Program-made: the position numbers and the translations under genes
Assembly (NCBI GenBank): GCA_903823215.1
Contig: CAIJRY010000252.1
Location: 56-64,055 of the forward strand
Length of the DNA stretch: 64,000 bases
Direction: 5' to 3'
From: an uncultured Spartobacteria bacterium
GTDB taxonomy: Bacteria; Verrucomicrobiota; Verrucomicrobiia; Chthoniobacterales; UBA6821
Shown here: piece by piece, positions 7,679-16,454 of the stretch
Layout of the letters: every line of letters begins with the position of its first letter
Numbering within the stretch: position 1 is the stretch's first letter
The notes under the pieces: generated by a model
Told to the model about the DNA's origin: nothing
The model's input: only the letters and a program-made list of their open reading frames with translations
Databases searched by the model: none

Positions 7679-8899
7679 ATGAAGAAGATCCTTTTGACCC
7701 TTTTCATGGCCGGAATCGCATGCACTATTGCGTCTTCAACCGCTCTGGCCCAGACCAATGCCGACGGCAGTATCAGTATCCCGATCTATGCCACCAATGG
7801 GGTGAATTATACCCCCTCTCACTACACGATCTATGCGGCAATCGGTGGTGGACCTCTCGTCCCTTATCTTTTCGATACGGGAGCACCTTACCTGATGTCA
7901 TTTTATAACACCGATCTTTCGCAGACCAATACTAACGGTCTGTTCACTTTTTCGACCGGATTGACCTATTACTATCAGTCCCTCAACGACAGCATTTCCT
8001 TAGGAAGTAACAACTCGACTAATGTAATAGTGAGTTCTGGTTCCATAAATTATGGACAGGTTCGGTACACCAACGGGGATGCTTACAATTCCGGCGGCAT
8101 CATTTCGAATGCCACCTCAGGGACGAATCCCACACTTAACGGAACCTACGGTGATTTTGGTGCAGGGTTTTATGGAAATTCTGCGCTGGGTACGATTCTC
8201 ACTCAGATGCCCCTGACCAATACGCTGTCGCTGGGATACACGCTCGATCTAACCACCAATCTGATCGCGGCGAGCGGGCAGGGATCGCTAACTTTGGGAG
8301 TATCGCAAGCCCTACTTGATAGCTATGCAACCAACCCAAATGTTATCAAAATGGCACTTTCTCCCAGTGGTACCATGATTCCGACTGCTGGAGGGACGAC
8401 CAATGGGTATGGTAGGGCTCAGGTCGCCAATGTCGCGGTGACACTCACCTCATCTAATGGAATGACTACAAACAGTCTGATTCCTTATGTGCTGGACACG
8501 GGAGGTGGTCCGAACGCCGTGATCTATGCAACGAACCTTGCCGGATACGGCGGAGCTACAAATCTTGTGGTCTCTACCACAAATGCAATTAATCCCCAGA
8601 TCCTAGAAACGGTGCTGAGTAATTCCACTCCTTGGGGTGGAGGTGTGGATGTGATTTCCAACCCCACCTATGGAGGTCTAACCAATGGAGGAGAAAGGAT
8701 GAACTCCGGTGGATATTTCTTTGATAGCAACATTGTGACTTTCGATATCAAGGGCGGGTATGTTTATATTCTCCCTGTGGGTGCTGTCCCAGAGCCCTCC
8801 TCGCCGCTACTTCTTCTCACGGGCGGGTTGTTGCTAGTAGGCTACGGAGCCTTCCAGAGAGGGCGGCCCAGCCAGAAGGGGTTGGCAACACCTTCCTGA
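7679..8899 (+). CDS. Secreted PEP-CTERM-anchored protein with pepsin-like (A1) aspartic peptidase motifs (paralog of 6306-7562)
   Basis: Signal peptide MKKILLTLFMAGIACTIASSTALAQ. AIGGGPLVPYLFDTGAPY (D66, nt 7874-7876). PYVLDTGGGPN (D273, nt 8495-8497). GGYFFDSNIVTFDIKGGYVYILP. PEP-CTERM tail AVPEPSSPLLLLTGGLLLVGYGAFQRGR. Confidence 0.7.
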   Translation: MKKILLTLFMAGIACTIASSTALAQTNADGSISIPIYATNGVNYTPSHYTIYAAIGGGPLVPYLFDTGAPYLMSFYNTDLSQTNTNGLFTFSTGLTYYYQSLNDSISLGSNNSTNVIVSSGSINYGQVRYTNGDAYNSGGIISNATSGTNPTLNGTYGDFGAGFYGNSALGTILTQMPLTNTLSLGYTLDLTTNLIAASGQGSLTLGVSQALLDSYATNPNVIKMALSPSGTMIPTAGGTTNGYGRAQVANVAVTLTSSNGMTTNSLIPYVLDTGGGPNAVIYATNLAGYGGATNLVVSTTNAINPQILETVLSNSTPWGGGVDVISNPTYGGLTNGGERMNSGGYFFDSNIVTFDIKGGYVYILPVGAVPEPSSPLLLLTGGLLLVGYGAFQRGRPSQKGLATPS

Positions 8900-10038
8900 T
8901 AGGCCTTGAGCGAGGCGCGCGAAGAATTCACCCGTAGGTTGCTGTAGGAGCCGTCGTCATTGGCCCACCGCTCATGCCAGAATACCGCCGCCTTGAGCCG
9001 GGGATAGCGGGTGCTCATCTGTGCAAAGGCAGAGGCGATCCAAGCCCCCTTGTCTTCTCCGGGGGTATGAGATTCGGTAACGCCCCATTCAGCCAACATG
9101 ATCGGCTTAACAGGATCAATCCTTGTCATCTCGACATAGGGCCACTCCAGCAGCTTGTCAAAGCCACACCATTTGTCGTCCTCGCTGTTCATCGTCTGCT
9201 TCCCATAGACACTCAGGCCCAGCCAATCAACATACTCCGGGCCAGGGTAGTAGGCGGCGGGTTGGTTCCACGAAATGTAACCCGGCGGATCGGAATAGTT
9301 ATTGGGCTGAAAGACCCAGAGAATATTTGTTGCTCCCCGGGCACGCACCCTGTTCACGACATACCGCCATGCTTTCTTGAACGTTTCCGGTCCCTCCCAG
9401 GTGGCTGGATTTTTGATATCGCCTTTCCCAAACCAATTTTCATCAGGGTGAAGAATGTCTTCCTTGGTGGCCTGGGAAAGTTCATTCCCGGTCAACTTCC
9501 TATCAGGATGAGGGTCGGGAGGTCCCTTACCATAAAACCAACCCGACCATGGAAACCAAGTGCCGTTCATTTCGCAGGCAAAGGAGACAAAGAACTGTGA
9601 CGGCACCTTTGCCGCAGCATCAGCCCAGGTATCGATATAGGCATCCCACTTTCCGGCAAGGATCTCGGTCAGGGCGAACTTGTCGGGGCCTCGTTTTTCA
9701 TCGAAGGGAGAATCCCATGGTGACCAGAAGAGAAGAGGAACTGCGCCATAAGCCCGCACCAAATCGACTTGTTCCGTCGGAAATGACTGACGCCCCCAGA
9801 AGGATCCGAAGGCAACGATCGCCATCGGCTTGCCGGTCAGCCCCTCAAACTTTTCGAGAGCCTCAAGAGAGACATGATCCTCACCATCACCAAAATCGAC
9901 ATAGGCACCCGTGTAGGCTCCTTGCTCGGGAATCTGAAGTTGTTGGAACAAGTTGGTCGATACTGCAGTGCCGGAGGCAGCTGGCAAAAGCAGACTTGCG
10001 ATCAGGAAGCAGCGGATGAGAGCAGCCATTAGAGTCAT
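8842..10038 (-). CDS. Secreted GH26-like (clan GH-A) glycoside hydrolase
   Basis: Signal peptide, then FACEMNGTWFPWSGW (compare the GH26 HEMNGxWFWWG acid/base block). Also WVFQPNNY, YPGPEYVDWLGLSVY and IMLAEWGV (nucleophile Glu context). Confidence 0.65.
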   Translation of the reverse strand: MTLMAALIRCFLIASLLLPAASGTAVSTNLFQQLQIPEQGAYTGAYVDFGDGEDHVSLEALEKFEGLTGKPMAIVAFGSFWGRQSFPTEQVDLVRAYGAVPLLFWSPWDSPFDEKRGPDKFALTEILAGKWDAYIDTWADAAAKVPSQFFVSFACEMNGTWFPWSGWFYGKGPPDPHPDRKLTGNELSQATKEDILHPDENWFGKGDIKNPATWEGPETFKKAWRYVVNRVRARGATNILWVFQPNNYSDPPGYISWNQPAAYYPGPEYVDWLGLSVYGKQTMNSEDDKWCGFDKLLEWPYVEMTRIDPVKPIMLAEWGVTESHTPGEDKGAWIASAFAQMSTRYPRLKAAVFWHERWANDDGSYSNLRVNSSRASLKAYQEGVANPFWLGRPLWKAP

Positions 10039-10041
10039 GTT

Positions 10042-13000
10042 TTAAGGGGACTTGGCAGAGGATGCCTTCCGTTCTTTTTGTTGAATGGCTCCCGCTGTGC
10101 GGTCAAGCTTGGCCCAGTGAACCAGGCTGCCTGCGGTGGCTTTGAAGAGGCATTTCCAGACGACATATCCGAGAAGGGGCCGGTAGAGCAACCTCATGGG
10201 AATGGCTCTCCAGGCGGTTTGCCAGGCTCGTTTGGCAAGCAGCAGGGCGATGATCGCCAGGATGACATCCAGTAGCAGGGAGGCCACAAAGTAGGGCCAG
10301 ATGGCAGCCCCGCGTCCCAGCCAGAGAGACCAGAGAACCAGACTATCGAGCACCGGAGTGACAGCCACCACGGCGATCTGAAAGATCCAGACCGAGGGCA
10401 GCGCAAACCAACCGAGCCATCCCGAACCGGGGGCAAAAAGCATATCACCATGTTTCCAGAGACATTGCAGCGTGCCAAATGCCCAGCGGAACCGCTGGGA
10501 GATAAGGGCTTTCACATGCTCGGGAGCCTCCGTATCCGCGTATGCGCGTGGGGCAAAGACCACCTTCCAACCAAGTCGATGAAGTTGCAGGGTCAGATCA
10601 GTGTCTTCAGCAAGCGTATCGGTATTCAGGGAACCCGCCTGCTCAATGGCCTTCCTGCGGAACGCACTCAAGGCGCCTGGTGCGACGAGGATACAACTAA
10701 GGAAGTCCTGGGCCCTGCGGTCAATTTCGAAGGCGGCGACATATTCCAGATCCTGAAACCGGCCAAGCCACGGACGAGTGTTGCCGACACGGATGGTTCC
10801 GGAGACAGCACCCACGGCAGGATTGCTGAGAGGTGCGACAAGTCTTCGCAGGCCATCCGGTGCCACCATGGTATCGGCATCAATCATGACCAGTATCTGA
10901 TGGGAGGACTCAGTGATGGCACGGTTCAGTGCGGTCGATTTTCCCCCATTTGTCTGGCGTATCAGTTTCACCCGGCTTTCCTGATGGGCGATACCGGCAA
11001 CAACTGCGGCAGTCTGATCCTTGGAACCATCATCCACCACGACGATTTCGATCGGGGCCGGATAATCAGAGTCGAGCAGATGGCGAATGGTGGAAGCGAT
11101 CACGCGTTCCTCGTTGTAGGCGGCGAGCAGAATGCTCAGTGAAGGGAAAGAGGCTGGTTCAATAGCAGGGAGGGAGGCTTCCGTGTGCCGATGGCGAAAC
11201 GCACAGATGCCAAGAAAGGTGACACGCAGCAGGGCCAGGAGGGTGACGATGGCAAGGAGGGTCCAGGCGGCATTTTCCAGAAATCTGATAATCGCGAAAC
11301 CCTTATAGACATAACGGGCGGAGAGAGGTTGATCCTTCTCCCGGAGGGGAGGCATTACGGTGTCGCGTGGCAGTCCGATGATCTCTGAAAGAGGAACAAT
11401 CTGATCTCCCCGACTACGCAGATAATCAATGATCCGGGGGAGTGCGGAGACTGTCTGGGAGCGATCTCCTCCCGCATCGTGCAGCAGGATGATGGAGCCA
11501 TTGGGACGCTGATTCTTGACCCGCAGAACCAGCGCATCCGCTCCCGGACGCTCCCAGTCATCAGGGTCGATCGATTGCGTCACGGTCAGGTAGCCAAGGT
11601 CGCGTGCCACCCGCAACGCTCTCATCTCGCCCGGCTGGCTTGGCGTGCCATCGCTATTGTATGGGGGCCGGAAATACGCGGTGGAGTGGCCTGTCACCGC
11701 TTCGATCAGGCGGGTTGTGGCATTGAGTTCCAGATCGATCTGCTCGTCGCCGGAGAGAGTGAGGTTCTGGTGGGTGTAAGTGTGGTTTCCGATTTCGTGA
11801 CCATCCGCAGCAATGCGCTCCAGCAGGTCGGGATACTGCTGAACTTGCGATCCGAGCACAAAGAATGCCGCAGGCGCATTTTTTTCCTTAAGTATCCGTA
11901 GGATCTTGGGAGTCCAAGTGGGGTCGGGACCGTCATCAAAGGTCAGGGCGACCTTGTGTGGACCCGGGTCGCCCTGCCGCGTAATGCTCTCCGGAACCGG
12001 GAACTTCATGTAGCGTTCAAAGAAATCTCCCGCGGGAGTGAATTCCACATGCCGTTCACCCGGCGTTGGGTCTTCACCGACGGTGATAAAATCACCACTT
12101 CCCGTGGAGGCGATCTGCTCGTCAAGAGAGAGTCTGGAAAGATCACCAAGTTCCTTGGCATCAGGTGGCATGGCGACATTGGCCCGGAGCACATCCCAGG
12201 CAGCGGGATCTTCTTCGCCCAGTCGATAGAGACCGATTCCCCCGGGATGGTAGGGGGCGATCTTGCGTCGTTGATTGGCAAGCGTGATGGCATCCAGAAA
12301 CCAGACTTCATGTTCCTGATTCTGATCAGTTCCCTGAAGGTAGCTGAAGTGAGGAGAGTCGGAGGAGGAGTCAACGAGTTTGGGATCGACGCCGGCCTGC
12401 GCAGCGCGTGCCATGACATCGGTAAATCCCAGCGGCGTCACCGAGAGATTATCCTTTCGCCAGTCGTAGGCATAATTGCCCAGAGCGATCACCCATTGCT
12501 CGGGATCACCATAGACCATCATCGTCTTGAGCCACCCCTCAAACCAGTCATTGTCAGACAGAGGGCCGGGATCATCGGCCTCCGAATTCTCATCATAGAG
12601 TGCAGCCACAAGCCGATCAGCCGCATCGGAAATGATTTCCAAATCGAAAGAATCAAAATCATTTCCCGTAGGCACAGTGAACCAGAGTTCCTTTCCGGCA
12701 GCATGAAAATGATCCGCAAACTCCTTGATCAACTGTGATGTCTCCTGCTTGTAGGTTGGATCAAGCGTGCTCCACTCGATCAGCAATCCCATAGCACCCG
12801 GCGGCAGGCGGCTGATCAGATGATCGATGAATTGTGAGCGTTCCTGTGGTGTCGATCGGGCGAGGGCTTCGACTGCCTCGGGTTGCCAATCATCTCCATC
12901 GAGATTTCGCAGAATGGGGAGAAAGCCGATGCCTTTGCGCACACACAAAAGACGCGCCTGATCGCATGGATCCTCGACGAGTTTGCTTTCCACCCCCGTG

Positions 13001-13401
13001 AGGCTGAACCAATCGGCAGCCACATGGGTGAGTTGGTCGCTGTGGTGCTCCAGCGAGAGAAGCGAGGCGGGATCCCAACCAGCCACATAACCCATGACCA
13101 CGCCTGCGGGCTTTGGTTTGGCGGGATGGGGAGTGGGGGATTTTACAGCATTTTGAATGCGTCTCCAGTTGTCCTTGGCATCCAGAGGAGGGAGTTTTGC
13201 GGGAGGAAGTGCACGGAGCTGGGAGCGGTATTCGCGCACGATGGAGGGCAGCGTCAGCTGCGGCCTGATCAGCAATCCCCAGATGAAAGCCCCCGTTGCT
13301 CCCAGCAGAAAGAGTGCGCCGAGAAAGACAACAGCCTGAACGGCACGGCGGCGCACCCCGCGGGGGTCGGCGAAAATGGATTTTTCCTGTTCTGGATTCA
13401 C
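10042..13401 (-). CDS. Tri-domain membrane polysaccharide synthase: GH18-like domain + CE4 (NodB) deacetylase + GT2 processive synthase
   Basis: 1119 aa with an N-terminal TM segment. GH18-like block GYVAGWDP...GLLIEWS. CE4 motifs TFDDGPD, HTYTH, YFRPPY, ILLHDAG. GT2 motifs LLAAYNEE, VVDDGSKD, MIDADT, QRFRWAFG. C-terminal TM bundle. Confidence 0.85.
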   Translation of the reverse strand: MNPEQEKSIFADPRGVRRRAVQAVVFLGALFLLGATGAFIWGLLIRPQLTLPSIVREYRSQLRALPPAKLPPLDAKDNWRRIQNAVKSPTPHPAKPKPAGVVMGYVAGWDPASLLSLEHHSDQLTHVAADWFSLTGVESKLVEDPCDQARLLCVRKGIGFLPILRNLDGDDWQPEAVEALARSTPQERSQFIDHLISRLPPGAMGLLIEWSTLDPTYKQETSQLIKEFADHFHAAGKELWFTVPTGNDFDSFDLEIISDAADRLVAALYDENSEADDPGPLSDNDWFEGWLKTMMVYGDPEQWVIALGNYAYDWRKDNLSVTPLGFTDVMARAAQAGVDPKLVDSSSDSPHFSYLQGTDQNQEHEVWFLDAITLANQRRKIAPYHPGGIGLYRLGEEDPAAWDVLRANVAMPPDAKELGDLSRLSLDEQIASTGSGDFITVGEDPTPGERHVEFTPAGDFFERYMKFPVPESITRQGDPGPHKVALTFDDGPDPTWTPKILRILKEKNAPAAFFVLGSQVQQYPDLLERIAADGHEIGNHTYTHQNLTLSGDEQIDLELNATTRLIEAVTGHSTAYFRPPYNSDGTPSQPGEMRALRVARDLGYLTVTQSIDPDDWERPGADALVLRVKNQRPNGSIILLHDAGGDRSQTVSALPRIIDYLRSRGDQIVPLSEIIGLPRDTVMPPLREKDQPLSARYVYKGFAIIRFLENAAWTLLAIVTLLALLRVTFLGICAFRHRHTEASLPAIEPASFPSLSILLAAYNEERVIASTIRHLLDSDYPAPIEIVVVDDGSKDQTAAVVAGIAHQESRVKLIRQTNGGKSTALNRAITESSHQILVMIDADTMVAPDGLRRLVAPLSNPAVGAVSGTIRVGNTRPWLGRFQDLEYVAAFEIDRRAQDFLSCILVAPGALSAFRRKAIEQAGSLNTDTLAEDTDLTLQLHRLGWKVVFAPRAYADTEAPEHVKALISQRFRWAFGTLQCLWKHGDMLFAPGSGWLGWFALPSVWIFQIAVVAVTPVLDSLVLWSLWLGRGAAIWPYFVASLLLDVILAIIALLLAKRAWQTAWRAIPMRLLYRPLLGYVVWKCLFKATAGSLVHWAKLDRTAGAIQQKERKASSAKSP

Positions 13402-13489
13402 GGGTGTACTCAGAAAAATCTAGGCCTTAGCACGCTAGGATGCACAGAGATAAAAGGGATGAAGAGGAGGGAAACAAGAGACGATAAGT

Positions 13490-14080
13490 TCACTTTCTCC
13501 CCGTGAGTTTTTCAAGTGTATCGAGCTCTGCAAAGTGCGTTTCAATGGCTGTGATGACCTGTGCCACGGGAAGCCCGATGACATTGTCGAGAGAACCCTC
13601 GATGCGATCAATCAATCGGCCGTGATCCTCCTGTGCCGCGTAGGAACCGGCCTTATCCAGTGGGTTGATCTCGTTCAGATACCGATCGATCAAGTCTTTG
13701 TCCAGAGGTCGGAAGTAAACACGGGTTGATTCCACAAAGCAGCACTGGTTGGTGGTGCCCGCTCTAAGAAGGCAGACGCCGGTCAGGACTTCGTGCATGC
13801 GGCCACCCAGCCAACCGAGCATTTCGGCGGCATGAGAGAGGTCCCGGGGCTTTCCGAGAACCTCCCCCTCGAGGACAACGATGGTATCGGCTCCCAGCAC
13901 CAGATCCCCGTTGAAGGACGGAGCTACATCAAGGGCCTTCAGTGCAGCATTTGCCAACACCAGATCTCTTGGTGAAAGCCCCTCTGAAAGCTCCTCAACA
14001 TCCGCAGGACGACAGAAAACTTCAAACCCTGAAGCAGCCAGTAGATCGCGTCGGCGGGGGGATGCTGACGCCAAAACCAA
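13490..14080 (-). CDS. maf: Maf-family nucleoside triphosphate pyrophosphatase (septum formation protein)
   Basis: 196 aa with LASASPRRRDLL, GADTIV and KAGSYAAQ blocks. Confidence 0.9.
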   Translation of the reverse strand: MVLASASPRRRDLLAASGFEVFCRPADVEELSEGLSPRDLVLANAALKALDVAPSFNGDLVLGADTIVVLEGEVLGKPRDLSHAAEMLGWLGGRMHEVLTGVCLLRAGTTNQCCFVESTRVYFRPLDKDLIDRYLNEINPLDKAGSYAAQEDHGRLIDRIEGSLDNVIGLPVAQVITAIETHFAELDTLEKLTGRK

Positions 14081-14125
14081 TTGGCGTGGGGAGAGGCCTG
14101 CTTTCAGGGTAAGATATAAAGAAAA

Positions 14126-14425
14126 TTAGATCAGATCTTCAGCGTCAGGGAATCCCACATCCTCGCGGATGGATTCCAGATGCCGCCGTGCACGGCTGGT
14201 GGAATGCGGACGGTTCCTCACCCGTGTGACCACGCTGGCAATCACCGGTGCCAACGCCAGAGCTCCGGCAACAAGGAGAGCGCTGCCTATCCGGCGGCGT
14301 GTGTCACCGGATAGCTTGTTGGCGATCAGAAGTCCAAGCCCGACTCCTGCCGCTGCCTGTGAGAGTCCGATCGTTCCGCTAACGGGAAGGTTTTCAGAAA
14401 ATTTATTGAGGGAAAGCTGTGACAT
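14126..14425 (-). CDS. Small hypothetical membrane protein
   Basis: 99-aa ORF with two Gly/Ala-rich hydrophobic segments. No recognisable family. Confidence 0.4.
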   Translation of the reverse strand: MSQLSLNKFSENLPVSGTIGLSQAAAGVGLGLLIANKLSGDTRRRIGSALLVAGALALAPVIASVVTRVRNRPHSTSRARRHLESIREDVGFPDAEDLI

Positions 14426-14647
14426 ACTACAGAAGTGCTACTCCTCTCTGGGACTTCGCGCAACTCTTGAACACGCAAAATGGGCCACGAACAATAAAAT
14501 AGTCCCGCAATCACAAAGGATGTGTAGCAATGGACTGAAACGCACGAGCACACCGATCCGAGGGTAGAAATCTCCACGACCCTGCTATTCAGGCTCAGTC
14601 TTGCGCCCAAGATGCCGTTAAGATGGTATGGGGTCATGCAATCCGAC

Positions 14648-15064
14648 ATGCGCATCAGGGCTCTGGGTATCGATCCGGGATCGGCGCGGATTGGCGTGGC
14701 CATGAGCGATGACATCGGGTTCATGGCTCATCCCTTGCTCACATTGAAAACGGCGAAGGAAAGCCCTGCCGAGATCGCTGCGATAGCCGAGGAAAAAGGC
14801 TCGCAAGTCATCGTCATCGGGCTTCCTCGCAATATGAATGGCAGCTATGGCCCCGCCGCCGAAAAAAGTCGTGAGTTCGCTGCCCTCATAGCTCCTCTCA
14901 CTACCGCCCACGTGATCCTCTGGGATGAACGCCTCACAACCGCGATGGCGACCAAGCAACTCCATCTTGCAGGTCGTAATAGCAAAGAGCAACGCAAGGT
15001 GATCGACCAGGCAGCAGCCGTGCAGATTTTGCAGGATTGGCTCGATGCAAATCCTGTGCTTTAG
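14648..15064 (+). CDS. ruvX: Putative pre-16S rRNA nuclease / Holliday junction resolvase-like protein YqgF
   Basis: MRIRALGIDPGSARIGVAMSD and LPRNMNGS...DERLTT match the YqgF family. The ORF track begins at 14612, but the ATG at 14648 gives the canonical N-terminus. Confidence 0.85.
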   Translation: MRIRALGIDPGSARIGVAMSDDIGFMAHPLLTLKTAKESPAEIAAIAEEKGSQVIVIGLPRNMNGSYGPAAEKSREFAALIAPLTTAHVILWDERLTTAMATKQLHLAGRNSKEQRKVIDQAAAVQILQDWLDANPVL

Positions 15065-15070
15065 GGGCTT

Positions 15071-15160
15071 GCGAGATTTGCGGAGAACTGCGTTGGCCTG
15101 CGCTTGCCGTAGAACTACTACGGCTGACGCTTGTCCGCCTGGCTCTCCATCAAATCTTGC
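15071..15160. other. About 90-nt imperfect long inverted repeat (possible structured RNA or terminator) downstream of ruvX
   Basis: The outer arms gcgagatttg-c-ggaga and tctcc-at-caaatcttgc pair. The inner stem gccgta-gaactac-tacggc also pairs. No folding energy was computed. Confidence 0.2.
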
Positions 15161-15222
15161 TGCGCCTTATCACCAAAAATTTCTGCATTGCTTAACGGAA
15201 ATGGTTAGTGAGGAATGAAAAC

Positions 15223-15633
15223 ATGTGGGTTCAGAAAACTCCGGCTGAACAAGTAACAAGCGAACTTAGAAATAAAAGGATCAAGCTGAGAGCTGCGATG
15301 ATCTATCCAGCTTTATTGACCCTAATAATCACAATCATCTTCACGTTTACATATCCTAGGCTGGGATCTATCCGAAACGGGGGTGCGTTTCTTGTGCCAC
15401 AAGATCAATGGCTGATCCAATTACCATCGGCTTTAATCTCCGGAGTTCTCATGGGGGTTGGGACATTTCTACTGATGATGTATGCAAGGGAATCCCCAAA
15501 AATAACGCTGGTTTGCCATGAATGCGGAAAAGTGAAAGTAGATGATGGATTTACCTCTTGCTCCTGCGGGGGGCATTATGTGGATATCAAGACGATGAAG
15601 TGGGTTGAGGATAAGCCGCTTTTCCGCCCATGA
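15223..15633 (+). CDS. Hypothetical two-TM protein with a C-terminal Cys-rich (CxxC...CxC) zinc-ribbon-like tail
   Basis: The ORF is visibly more AT-rich than its neighbours. A GAGGAA Shine-Dalgarno sequence lies 8 nt before the ATG at 15223. The stop overlaps the truA start (ATGA). Confidence 0.45.
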   Translation: MWVQKTPAEQVTSELRNKRIKLRAAMIYPALLTLIITIIFTFTYPRLGSIRNGGAFLVPQDQWLIQLPSALISGVLMGVGTFLLMMYARESPKITLVCHECGKVKVDDGFTSCSCGGHYVDIKTMKWVEDKPLFRP

Positions 15634-16427
15634 AACTGCGTCTTGTGATTGCCTATGATGGCACGGCGTTTCAGGGATTTCAGAGTCAGAGTCACGGGTT
15701 GACGGTGCAGGATGCGCTCGAAGGGGTGCTCGCCCGTATCGTCGGGGAGAAGGTGATCATTCACGGTTCCGGGCGCACGGATGCCGGAGTGCATGCTCTG
15801 GGACAGGTGATTCACTTCGAGCTTACCGGAGAGCAGGTTCATCAATTGAGTCTGCGAGATTCTGAACGCTGGAGGGTGGCACTGAATGCCTGGCTTCCTC
15901 CGACCCTGCGGGTAATGCGAGTAACCCGTGCGGGGAAAGGCTTTCATGCCCGATTTTCTGCCTCGGGCAAAATCTATCGCTATGAAATCTGGCATGACAA
16001 GGTGCTTCCGCCGCATCTTCACAAGCGAGCCTCGCATCTCTATGGAAAGCTTGATCTGGAATCTATCCGTCATCTTTGCAGGATGATTGAGGGACCGCAT
16101 GATTTCCGGGGCTTCTGTGCAAACTCCGGCAGCCTGCCTGAAAGTACGATTCGCACTTTATATCGCGTGGGGTTACGAAAGCGTGGCCCGGCTCTTTCGA
16201 TCACGCTGGAGGGCGATGGATTTCTCTACAGAATGGTGCGTATGCTGGTGGGAGCGATGGTGCAAGTGGCTCAGGAAAAGAAAAGCATCGAGGAGTTTCA
16301 GGCCCGACTGGCGGAGGGAAAGCCCTGGCCCACGCCTGCCATGGCCCCTGCCGAGGGGCTTTATCTTGTGAAGGCCCTGTATGGAAAAAGGGGAAATACG
16401 CCCCTAGTGATTCCCTCGCTTGATTGA
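15630..16427 (+). CDS. truA: tRNA pseudouridine(38-40) synthase
   Basis: MKLRLVIAYDGTAFQGFQSQ and GSGRTDAGVHALGQV (catalytic Asp) place it in the TruA family. Confidence 0.93.
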   Translation: MKLRLVIAYDGTAFQGFQSQSHGLTVQDALEGVLARIVGEKVIIHGSGRTDAGVHALGQVIHFELTGEQVHQLSLRDSERWRVALNAWLPPTLRVMRVTRAGKGFHARFSASGKIYRYEIWHDKVLPPHLHKRASHLYGKLDLESIRHLCRMIEGPHDFRGFCANSGSLPESTIRTLYRVGLRKRGPALSITLEGDGFLYRMVRMLVGAMVQVAQEKKSIEEFQARLAEGKPWPTPAMAPAEGLYLVKALYGKRGNTPLVIPSLD

Positions 16428-16454
16428 AGTGCTGGCACTGGTAGCCTGCGTTCC

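Noticed and set aside
8842-8899. 58-bp convergent overlap of the 3' ends of the PEP-CTERM gene and the GH26-like gene (similarly 22519-22565)
   Set aside because: Both reading frames are continuous and end in plausible C-termini. Convergent terminal overlaps are compatible with a compact genome and do not by themselves indicate a frameshift or an antisense regulatory system.
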